A stretch of 64,000 nt of DNA, from NCBI GenBank assembly GCA_021797085.1, contig JAKAAG010000001.1:6814-70813 (forward strand), read 5' to 3'. This DNA comes from Nanobdellota archaeon. GTDB lineage: Archaea > Nanobdellota > Nanobdellia > Parvarchaeales > Parvarchaeaceae. A program made the position numbers and the translations under genes. Below the pieces are notes generated by a model. It saw only the letters and a program-made list of their open reading frames with translations, ran no database searches and had not been told where the DNA came from. Every line of letters starts with the position of its first letter. The stretch's first letter is position 1. Below are positions 1-9,100 of the stretch, in pieces.

Positions 1-518
1 TGCAAAAGATCAACGGCTGGGAGGTATTTGTCAGCCTTTTAAAACAAAACAAGTTTTTTACTGCTATTCCGGTTGTAATTTTCTCCGCTTATGTTTATTT
101 GTTTATGCATGACAAAGTGGGGATCTCAGCATTTTTTTCCTTTTACCCTTTATTTGACATTGTAAGTGCATTTTTTCTTAGCTTTATGATAAGTTTTATA
201 ATCGCTATAAATTACTACATAATAAAAGCAAGAAAGAACGCAAATAAAAGAAACACGGCATGGGCCATATTCTTCAGTTTATTGTCTACCCCGTTTTGCT
301 GCAATGTTTTAATCCCATTGTTTATTGCATTCATATTCGGATCTGCGGCTCTTTCACCTGTATATGACACTGCGCAGATTTTACTTGTTGATTATGACCC
401 GTTGATAATTGCAGTATCTATAGTTATTATATACATATTTTATCAAAGATCACTGAACGCTTTTCTAGGCTGCAAAATAAAACTATATATAAACAAAAAT
501 CAGAGAAGTCTTAATTGA
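1..518 (+). CDS. Hypothetical membrane protein with a CC motif (5' end at the window edge)
   Basis: Frame is open from base 3 (QKINGWEVF...); bases 1-2 'tg' could complete an ATG. About 4 hydrophobic segments and a TPFCC motif. Confidence 0.6.
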   Translation, partial: QKINGWEVFVSLLKQNKFFTAIPVVIFSAYVYLFMHDKVGISAFFSFYPLFDIVSAFFLSFMISFIIAINYYIIKARKNANKRNTAWAIFFSLLSTPFCCNVLIPLFIAFIFGSAALSPVYDTAQILLVDYDPLIIAVSIVIIYIFYQRSLNAFLGCKIKLYINKNQRSLN

Positions 519-528
519 ATTAAATTTG

Positions 529-1509
529 TTATCTTAACTTTAATCTGCCTTTTTTAAATGGGCTCTTTGCAGTCGTTTTTATTCCTTTTTTCTGCGGCAG
601 GAATATCTCTGCAAGCATACACCTTATGCTACCGCCACCGCATTCCTCTATTGTGCTAACATCTATGCTTATTATGTCACAGTATTTTTCTATCTCATCT
701 TTTTGTTCTTTTGACAGTGAGCCTAAAGCTCTTTTGGAGATTACCAGCTTCTTGTTTCCAGCGGAATCCAACAATTCCAATGCATTGCCGGCAAAATTCA
801 GCATCTGTTTAAACGTTAATTCAATCAGATTTTTCCCAGATTCTTTAATAGTCGAAACAACGGCTTTTTTCTCATCCTCATCTTTTATTGAATCCAAGCA
901 GACAATGGCAAACTTCCCACCTAGTGCCATCATAACATTTGTATGGTATATTGGAAAACCTGTTTCGTCAAAGGCGTGGAATTTTACAGGCCGGTATTTC
1001 ATTTCGCTGCAAAACTTGTTCAATACCTCCTCATTAGTTCTCTCGGAAAGACAGGCATAAGCTATCTTATTCTCATGATCAAGTACCAAGCTACCTGTTC
1101 CTTCCAAGAATTTATTCTTTTTTTCGTAATTGGTAAGATCTATCACCTTAGAGCAGGAAAACCCGTAAAGCGTGGAAAGGCTTTGAATTATGTCGGCTCT
1201 TCTTTCATTTCTTCTGTTCAATGCGAGCATTGGATAAACAACTGCTGTTCCGTCTTCATGAAACGATATCCAGTTATTTGGGAATATAGAATCGGGGGTG
1301 TCAACCTCCTTCAAATCATCAAAAACGAACACATTTATACCACTCATTCTAAGGGTTTCTACGGCGTTGTTAAATTCCTTAAGTGCCTGCAAATTAACCG
1401 AGGAATTTGTTTTTTTCTGGAATTTATTGGTTTTTGCCGTTTGCTCATTGAAGCCGAAATTATGCGGCCTTATCATCATTACATTGCTAGTCAATGCCTT
1501 TTCTTCCAT
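529..1509 (-). CDS. Amidinotransferase/arginine-deiminase superfamily hydrolase (CtlX-like)
   Basis: Motifs VMMIRP, DSIFPNNW, FLEGTGS, IYHTNVMM, GGGSIRCMLAEIF. ATG at 1509 preferred over the TTG at 1536. Confidence 0.85.
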   Translation of the reverse strand: MEEKALTSNVMMIRPHNFGFNEQTAKTNKFQKKTNSSVNLQALKEFNNAVETLRMSGINVFVFDDLKEVDTPDSIFPNNWISFHEDGTAVVYPMLALNRRNERRADIIQSLSTLYGFSCSKVIDLTNYEKKNKFLEGTGSLVLDHENKIAYACLSERTNEEVLNKFCSEMKYRPVKFHAFDETGFPIYHTNVMMALGGKFAIVCLDSIKDEDEKKAVVSTIKESGKNLIELTFKQMLNFAGNALELLDSAGNKKLVISKRALGSLSKEQKDEIEKYCDIISIDVSTIEECGGGSIRCMLAEIFLPQKKGIKTTAKSPFKKGRLKLR

Positions 1510-1649
1510 TGCAGTTCTAAGCAAATAATCTAGCAACTGCTAAAAACTATTTAAAGAATAGAACTTATATTTAAATGTTTAAACCGCTTTCAAAGGGTAT
1601 TTTTAGAGTTAAAAATTAAAAGCAGCATTAATGAATAAAAATGAAAACC

Positions 1650-1761
1650 TGGGGTTGCCAGGATTTGAACCTGGGTCAAGCGGTTTCTTCTTAATCATCC
1701 TTAACGTCATTTTTCCAGACAAGCTGGAGCCGCCTATTCTGCCTGGTTAGACTACAACCCC
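1650..1761 (-). tRNA. tRNA-Trp(CCA) with a 39-nt intron at 37/38 (1685-1723)
   Basis: Cloverleaf GGGGTTG...CAACCCCA; anticodon arm GGCGG-CTCCAG|intron|A-CCGCT; T-loop TTCAAAT; relaxed BHB. Confidence 0.95.
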
Positions 1762-2292
1762 TTAAGTGAATATTTTGTACTTATCCTTGTTTTCGAGTTC
1801 TTCTTCTATCCTATTTTCTATGCTTTTTGCTATACCGGATGTAAAGCCTACTCTCTCATCAAAATCGCTATAGGATTTGAACTCCCCCTTATTCCTTTCT
1901 TCTATGATCTTTTGGACCATTTTTTTACCAGCGCCAGGTATAAGCGCCAATGAATGCAATCTTACATTTATCGGCCCCAACCTATTTATTATCGATATGT
2001 AATTTGCCTCATTTTGGCTAACTATCTCATGTATTTTATCACTAAGCATTTGAAGGCCGTTACCGTTTAGCTTATCGGGGGTTATCCGCTGTATTATATG
2101 GTGTACTTCCTCTCTTTTGTTTTCTCCTATGTAGACTTTCATGCCTGGTTCTACTTTTACGTCTTTTTTGAGGGCCACAAGCAATAAGCCAAGTGAATCC
2201 GTAAGAACTATTGCAGTGGCTTTCCTGTCCTTTGAATCTTGCAGACCAAAAGGAAGGTATTCTAAAACATAAGCGTATTCGTCTTTTCCCAT
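1762..2292 (-). CDS. DUF655 family putative RNA-binding protein
   Basis: EYAYVLEYLP start, RLHSLALIPGAGKK HhH motif, conserved position after rpl21e-rpoF. Confidence 0.9.
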   Translation of the reverse strand: MGKDEYAYVLEYLPFGLQDSKDRKATAIVLTDSLGLLLVALKKDVKVEPGMKVYIGENKREEVHHIIQRITPDKLNGNGLQMLSDKIHEIVSQNEANYISIINRLGPINVRLHSLALIPGAGKKMVQKIIEERNKGEFKSYSDFDERVGFTSGIAKSIENRIEEELENKDKYKIFT

Positions 2293-2314
2293 AGTATTAA
2301 GGATTATTTCAAAG

Positions 2315-2638
2315 TTATAAATGCTTTTTTAGCACTGTTAGAATGGCTTTTAGGTCCTCTTCCTTTACATTCAATTTTAAAGGTGAAATGATTGCCCTTA
2401 TTTGATCAATAGAAGCTGGAGAAACATCGATTATCATCCTTAAGTAATCATCCCTTATGTTAAGATTTAAAGCGGAGAGCTCTTCGAACACGCTGTCAAA
2501 ACTGTCTATCTTTATGTTTTTCTGTGTATGATCCATTAGTTTTTTACCTATTTCAGAGCCTTTGTCTACGAAATCAAGGTATTTCTCCTTTACCTCTGTT
2601 TCGCTTAAAAACTTCTCATCTATTATTTGATATTCCAT
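2315..2638 (-). CDS. rpoF: RNA polymerase subunit Rpo4 (RpoF)
   Basis: Size, IIDVSPASIDQIRAI motif, synteny between rpl21e and DUF655. Confidence 0.8.
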   Translation of the reverse strand: MEYQIIDEKFLSETEVKEKYLDFVDKGSEIGKKLMDHTQKNIKIDSFDSVFEELSALNLNIRDDYLRMIIDVSPASIDQIRAIISPLKLNVKEEDLKAILTVLKKHL

Positions 2639-2639
2639 A

Positions 2640-2933
2640 TTAGAGTCTTTTCATATGAACTGGTAAAATGTCTATTCTTTTAAGGCTTTTACCCTGTTGT
2701 TTTACCTCCACGGTATATGCTTTTCCTTTCTTTTCTACTATCCTACCAACTGAACCGAAAAAGCTTCTCTGTGGCAGGTTTCTCTGCACCCTTGAATCAG
2801 GATCCACTATGATTTTATCCCCTATCTCAAAAGACTGCAAGGCTTTCTTTATGTCTACCTTTCCTCTTTCTTTTACATCAAGCTTAAGCCTTTTCCTTGA
2901 ACGTTTGTGCAAACCATTTCCTGTTATTGACAT
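2640..2933 (-). CDS. rpl21e: 50S ribosomal protein L21e
   Basis: G..KRSRKRLK, FEIGDKI, PQRSFFGSVG, PVHMK motifs. Confidence 0.95.
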   Translation of the reverse strand: MSITGNGLHKRSRKRLKLDVKERGKVDIKKALQSFEIGDKIIVDPDSRVQRNLPQRSFFGSVGRIVEKKGKAYTVEVKQQGKSLKRIDILPVHMKRL

Positions 2934-3012
2934 AATTCTATTTTATAAAGCTCCTTAGTATTTATACTTTTTTAAGCACAAGTACAAGTGCGGATTTAAA
3001 CTTTAGATATAG

Positions 3013-3095
3013 TGCAGAGGGAGGGATTTGAACCCTCGAAGGCCTAAGCCATAAGGTCCTTAGCCTTACACGTTTGACCGCTTCGCTACCTCTGC
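3013..3095 (-). tRNA. tRNA-Leu with anticodon AAG
   Basis: GCAGAGG acceptor stem, long variable arm, anticodon arm TAAGG-CTAAGGA-CCTTA, TATA-like TTTTATTA about 25-32 nt upstream. Confidence 0.92.
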
Positions 3096-3194
3096 ATGAT
3101 AGTTTAAAATAAGCTTGCATAATAAAACGCTTACTGTAAGATAATCTATTTATAGTATAAAAATAGTTTTATACGTTTAAAACAATTTTAAAGC

Positions 3195-4355
3195 ATGGTA
3201 TTGAACATAATAATAGAGATTCTTGTAGTATTATCTGTATCTATAATAATGGGGGAGCTGTTTGAACAGCTTAAATTTCCATCAGTTGTGGGCTACCTTA
3301 TAGCTGGCTTAGTTATAGGCCCCTTTGTTTTCAATTTCATACAGAACAATAGTGAATTACAGGCCCTTTCTTCTCTTTCTCTTTTCTTTATAATTTTCCT
3401 GTTAGGAATAGAAATGAAAACAGAATCGGTCATAAAATACCTCAAGCCTTCTATTAAAATGTCAACTACTAGTTTTATCCTACCATTAGTTCTTTCTACG
3501 CTTCTTTCCGTTGTTTTATTGCATTTTGGATTAAGACAAAACTTTATAGTTTCGCTTTCAATAGCAGTACCATCAATATCAATAGTATCTGTTCTTGTAA
3601 TGAAGTACAGGCTTGCAAGAGATCCGAAAGGAATAACAATTATAGGTTCAGTAGTTATAACAGATGTAATAGCATTTCTATTACTTGGCATAACCTACAA
3701 AAGCGCATTGAACGCAATATTGGTAGTTATCTATTTCATAATCTTCCTTCTTGTATTCTTGAATGTAGACAAGATACTAAATAGGGGAAGCAAGAAACTA
3801 AGAATGCGGCTTACAAAATCCAGAAAGATACTGAAAAGCGAGCACTTTGGGTATGCAATGATAATAATCATAGGGTTGCTAATCGGGGGGATATCCCAGC
3901 TTATAGGTATAAACTACATAATAGGAGTTTTCTTTGCTGGCTTGATAATACATGAAGGGCTTATAGGGAGAACTCTGTTCAGAAAAGTCAGAAAGACAAT
4001 AAAAAGGATGAACGATGGTTTCTTCATACCTCTTTTCTTCAGCATAGCTGGAATCGATGTTGCATCATTTCGTTCTCTTGAAGGTTTTCTTCCGGCAATA
4101 CTGGCCATATCCCTTGCCGTTATAGCTTTTTCAATAGTACTTAACTACTACTCTTCCGGAAGAATCATGAAAATAAAGAAAAGGTCTTGGAAAATAAAAA
4201 CCAGCGCAATAATAAATGGAAGAGGCGCAGTGGGTATAGCAATTGCCACCGTCGCATTTGAAATAGGCGTAATAACAAACTCAGCTTATTCAATAGCAAT
4301 ACTGGCAACCATAATCATATCAATAGTGGCCACTTCGCTTCTCCGCAATACTTGA
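3195..4355 (+). CDS. Cation:proton antiporter (CPA2/Kef-type membrane domain)
   Basis: About 12 TM segments; PSVVGYLIAGLVIGP, VITD, FFIPLFFSIAG, NGRGAVG motifs. Confidence 0.88.
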   Translation: MVLNIIIEILVVLSVSIIMGELFEQLKFPSVVGYLIAGLVIGPFVFNFIQNNSELQALSSLSLFFIIFLLGIEMKTESVIKYLKPSIKMSTTSFILPLVLSTLLSVVLLHFGLRQNFIVSLSIAVPSISIVSVLVMKYRLARDPKGITIIGSVVITDVIAFLLLGITYKSALNAILVVIYFIIFLLVFLNVDKILNRGSKKLRMRLTKSRKILKSEHFGYAMIIIIGLLIGGISQLIGINYIIGVFFAGLIIHEGLIGRTLFRKVRKTIKRMNDGFFIPLFFSIAGIDVASFRSLEGFLPAILAISLAVIAFSIVLNYYSSGRIMKIKKRSWKIKTSAIINGRGAVGIAIATVAFEIGVITNSAYSIAILATIIISIVATSLLRNT

Positions 4356-4393
4356 TATAACTTTTAACGCCTTTTGATTCATACAAAATAAAT

Positions 4394-4467
4394 TGGGGTG
4401 GCTGGGATTTGAACCCAGGTCAACTAACCCCCGAAGCTAGCATCATACCAAGCTAGATCACCACCCC
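4394..4467 (-). tRNA. tRNA-Pro(CGG)
   Basis: GGGGTGG...CCACCCCA; anticodon arm CTAGC-TTCGGGG-GTTAG. Confidence 0.95.
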
Positions 4468-4493
4468 ACATAGGATACTTATTATATAAATCC

Positions 4494-5504
4494 CTAATTA
4501 ATCTTTCTGTATTCGGGGTAAGTGCCGATTCCCATTATTACACTGTCTGTTTTAATTGCAACTCCTTTTTTAACGGTTTTTATTTCTTCTGTCGACAATA
4601 CAGATTTACCAAGTGCTATCAGTTCACCTTTCAGCGTCATTATACCTATAACTTCATCTTTTTCGAAATTAGTAAGTTTAACTATGCCTGGAACAGCAAG
4701 TGGAGAACCATGACAAATTGGATCTACTGCAGTATCTGAGATAAAAACCTTTGGCAAGAAGTCTATTGCTGATTCTATGCTACCAAGGCATTTGTTTAGC
4801 AGCCTGTCATCATTTTCCTTTTCATAAAAATAGACTGCATCCTCTAAATCTTGCAGTGTAACCAAGTTGTCTTTTTCTGACAGCGTTGAAACCTTTGTTC
4901 TTCTTAGCTCTGTCATGTGTGCACCGACTTTCAGTTCTTCCCCCATGTCATGTATAAGCTTTCTTATGTAAGTTCCGGATTCTACACCGACTTTAAAAAG
5001 TACATTCTTTCCGTCTATCTCCAATATCTCAGAATAGTATATCTCTCTCTGCCTATACTGCCTTTTAACATGCGATCTAACTGGGGGCAATTGCATTATT
5101 TTTCCTATGAACTTGTTAAACGTATCTCTAAGTAATTGCTCATCAACCTCACTGTGCAGATGCATCAGAGCTATGTATTCCTTTCCTCCAAAAAGAAGCA
5201 CTGGGAGAACCTTCGTAGCGTTGTTTATGGCTAGGGGCAAAAGACCAGTTACATTGGGATTTCTTCAATCTTCTAAAGTCCCTGAGTAACCCATCTTATT
5301 GGCGCCTAATGTTGCCATAAGGTTCTTTGCTATGTAGGCTGCGGTCTTGGACCTTATACCTGCTGGCTTGTCCAGAAGTATAAAACCGTAGTTTATCCTC
5401 TCCTTTATGCTTCTGTCCTTTGGAGCTTTGCCGTATCTGCTGTCGGTTTCTTCCTCTCTCAAGGAAAAGATTTCATGCTTGAAATCCTCCAAAGGCAGTT
5501 TCAT
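4494..5504 (-). CDS. cbf5: H/ACA pseudouridine synthase Cbf5/TruB; two exons (5504-5273 and 5260-4494) split by a 12-nt intron
   Basis: ORFs 5265..5525 (LDKPAG...GYSGTL) and 4494..5240 (KEY, GTYIRKL, ELRRT, PUA domain) are in frame. Removing 5261-5272 restores GYSGTLDPNVTG, giving 332 aa. Confidence 0.93.
5261..5272 (-). other. 12-nt bulge-helix-bulge mRNA intron (AAGATTGAAGAA) in cbf5
   Basis: Outer helix GGGA/TCCC, central 4-bp helix CTTT/GAAG, 3-nt bulges AG|A and AA|A; in-frame TGA. Confidence 0.88.
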
Positions 5505-5614
5505 TTTATTTAATCGTAGGTTCAAAGATTAAAACCTTGCTTTTTATGTCATCTACTAATTTATCTTCAAAAAACGGAATTTAATGTGCTTTGGTTAAAA
5601 TTACAAATATGTTA

Positions 5615-6175
5615 TTAATTATTTGTCTTTTGCTGGTGCATTATATAATCGGAGCAAAGCTGCACAACACTTTCTAGGTCTATATTCGAAGAGTCAATAA
5701 CCAAATTAAAAGGGGTAAAGTCTTTGTCTATTTCTATTTTATATATTTTTTTGTAGATCTGTTTTGTAAGCAAGTCCTTCTCCTTCATAAATTTCAAGGC
5801 TTCGCTGAAGCTTATCTTATCGCGGGTACTTACTCTTTTTGCCCTAACATTTTCATCTGCCTTTATGTATATCTTTATTGTGTCCCTGTCCTTTATCTTC
5901 CAAGGTGCTACCCAGCTGTCAAGAACTACGTCCTTTTTTGTTTTAAAAAATGAAAGAATAAACGAATCAAGCCTTTTGTCATACTGCGGATTTTTCAACC
6001 TGAACTTCACAGCCTCTATCCCTTTTTTTGACTCCCAGACCATAAAATCCTTTTTTGGAAGTAGGTTCTTCAATTTAGAACTGGCAGAAAAATATTCAAT
6101 TCCAAAGTTAAGAGCAAGAGTAGTTGCAACGCTTGATTTACCCGAAGCTGTAAGCCCTGAAACTATCACTTTCAT
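5615..6175 (-). CDS. cmk: Cytidylate kinase, archaeal type
   Basis: P-loop SGLTASGKS, DKRLD, VVLDS, RAKRV..RD; adjacent to cbf5 as in many archaea. Confidence 0.85.
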   Translation of the reverse strand: MKVIVSGLTASGKSSVATTLALNFGIEYFSASSKLKNLLPKKDFMVWESKKGIEAVKFRLKNPQYDKRLDSFILSFFKTKKDVVLDSWVAPWKIKDRDTIKIYIKADENVRAKRVSTRDKISFSEALKFMKEKDLLTKQIYKKIYKIEIDKDFTPFNLVIDSSNIDLESVVQLCSDYIMHQQKTNN

Positions 6176-9100
6176 GATTGATTAATAGGCGTATTATTTA
6201 TAAGTTTACTGTATTTTGCAAATACTGCGGGCAGGTAGCTTAAATTATCGCAGTAGTTCTGCGCTGAAGGCGAAACAGAGCATTCGCCTGTAAGCATGTA
6301 TTTGCTAAGAGCAGTATAGTTTATCTGATAAACATTTACATTCGTAAGCACCTGATTTTCTATGCTTAACAAGGAGTTTACTGGCAGGTTATCACTGTAA
6401 AGTAACTTAAAGCCAGGTATGCTTTCATTTAGCAAATAAAGCTTATCAAACAATGTATCCAGCGTTTCATTCGGCATGTACAACAAAGCAGGGCCGTTGC
6501 CAAACTGTGACATGTTTATCGGAAGGATTTCATATCCGCCAGGAGCTTGAGGTACGCCTCCAATGTGGAGATCAACTGAATTTGTAGCATTCAAAAGCAT
6601 CATTCCGCCAGGTATGCTGTCATTTGCAACTTCTTTACAACCTACACTGTAAACACAGTTGTAATCCAAAGGCAACGGATTAGAGAACTGCGCAGTAAGT
6701 TCATTGTACAGTATACCATAGGGATTTCCCATGCTTGTGATTACCCCATTGCTGCTTGCATTAAGCGGCAGAAGAATCTCGACCAAAAGATCGTTGTTTG
6801 CATTGCCTGGCAAACCAGGTATTGTTGCATTTGAATATAGAGGAGCTATCTGTCCATTTACATTTCCAAATTCAAGTAGGTACTTGTAACTTTGATTTCC
6901 TATATTTTGACTGTTTACAGTTACATTAGTTTCCGTCATTGGAGTAAAAGATGTCGGCTTCAAAGCAATAGTTGAGATAGCAGAGAACTTCTCTACTTCG
7001 CTGCCACTTATTACTGCATACGTTGGCTGATGTATATAGTGAAGATAAGTTGAATAGATGTAAGGGGAAGTTGCCTCAAAAAAGTATTTCGCTATCATTG
7101 ATTGGTAACCATAAGCATTGCTTCCATCGGCTACAGCGGTTCTATTTGCTATTGCCTCTTCCCAATAACCATAATCCCACCATGATATTATTGAGGTATT
7201 GACAGGAGTATTTTGACTAATCCACTGCATAGTAGGCCCCCAGAGTAGCAATCCGCTACCGCTTGACTGTGCAGTCTGATATGACAATGAAAGACTTGAA
7301 TGAAGGTCCGCAGCAACGAAAGCTATTGCTATTATGATTATAACTGCAGAAACAACTGCCATGTTCCTCGGAGAATTCTTAAAGAATCTATTCGTAATGT
7401 CTATTGAGCCTCTGAAGAAATAAACTATTGCAAATGGTATTATTATAGCAGCCGCTAATTCAGTCGGCTCAAGAAGCCTGCTCTCAACGTTTGAAAGTAT
7501 AACCGTTGCAACAAAGAAAAAGAAAGGTATTATCGCAAGCAAAGACAGCAAATTTACGTCTTCCTGCTTGTCAAATGCAAACTCTAATATGAATATGACT
7601 ACAAGTGCTACAGCACCGTATTTATAGTTGTTTGCAGATGAATTCATGTTCCATATAACAATAAGCATTATCAATGAGATCAAAGTAAGGAATAAGACAA
7701 GACTTAGAACTCTCTTTGATTCTATCTCATTTTTATGCAGGAACAAGTAACCTAAAGGTATAAAATCCAAAGCTATGAATATAAACAAGAATGAATATGA
7801 AGTTGCATTATAGCTGAATGTTCCCCCGTTAAGCATAAGTATGAACGGAACGCTTAAAAGGAAAGGTATATACCAGTGCCTAAACCGTCTCAGTACAATA
7901 TAAAGAAGGAATACTGCGCCTGCGCAGAATAAAAGGAAATTTATACCTAATGAACCTAATAGGAAATTGAAATCCTGTACTCTCTGAGTCAAATTCAATG
8001 GTGCATACTCGGCAATTGTTTCTGTAACAGGATTTACTATGCCTACGCCTAATGGATGAATGAACTCAGAAGCAATCCTTGAAAAGGCATGCTTTAATGT
8101 ACTCAAGCCGGTAAGAGCAACCAAAAGCAAAGAAATCACTATGCTGTATATTGCGACTGAAAAGCCGTTGTTTATAAGCGGTATTTTAAGCTTATGCTTG
8201 TATCTGTCATAAACTATCAGCTTAAAGAGCACTAAGACATAGGAAAACAACATTGGGTAATAAAGAGCGCTGTGTATAACATCTGAGAAGGTAAAGGTAA
8301 CAAAACTTACTTTTATCGGAACCCAGATTGCAAATAGGAGGTAGGCAAGCAGGTCTCCTTTTTTAGCATATCCAAGCAAAACAATTATTATATAGATTAT
8401 TGGTATAACAAGAATAAGATACTCACTATATCCACTTGCAGCAGTCGCTAATCCTGTAGCTATTCCCGTAGCCAAACCGTAAATCATTTTGCTTCTGGTT
8501 CTTTTAGATTTAAGGGATTTTGACAGGAAGAAGATTGCCAGCAGGATAAACATAAAACCAAGAGAGGTTTTCTGCGTAAAACCTGCAGTAGAACGGCTTA
8601 AAAAGGTAAGAAAGGCGGGTAGAATAAATGCACTTATGCTCGCTACCCAGTAATCTCCAAACAATTCCAATGCTATAAGGAAAAGAAGCAGAGCCGAAAA
8701 GATGGCAAAGAATGCAGGTAGAAACATAAATGAGGTCATTGGTACTGCACCTTTTACTATTGGATCAACGAGCCTTGCTGAATACGCACCGAAGAATGAT
8801 ACCAAAAGCTCATCTCCTCTAGACGGCAAACCTATCGGTAAGTATTCTAAGTAGTTTACTGCTGGAACGTTACCGGTTTTAAGGATATTCTGCATTTGTA
8901 TGTAAAATGTATAAGGATCCAAACCTGAAAGAGAACCACCCATACCTAGATAATTATTTCCTATCAAGGGAGAGTTTGACTGCAAGGGGTTCAGCAAAGC
9001 TGGAATGCTTGCAGTATGTACATACCAGCCGACTGTTACGGCAAGTATAAGAAGCAAGTAGAAAAGAACCTTTTTCTTTATTAAAATATTATAAGCGGCA

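Noticed and set aside
5265-5267. TGA in cbf5 as stop-codon reassignment, selenocysteine or readthrough
   Set aside because: TGA ends other genes normally (e.g. 4353-4355, 13319-13321, 23942-23944). Readthrough would give TLEDxRNP, breaking the GTLDP motif, whereas BHB splicing restores it exactly.
4494-5525. cbf5 as a pseudogene or as two separate genes
   Set aside because: Both halves are in frame and otherwise intact; the only lesion is a precise BHB-flanked 12-mer.
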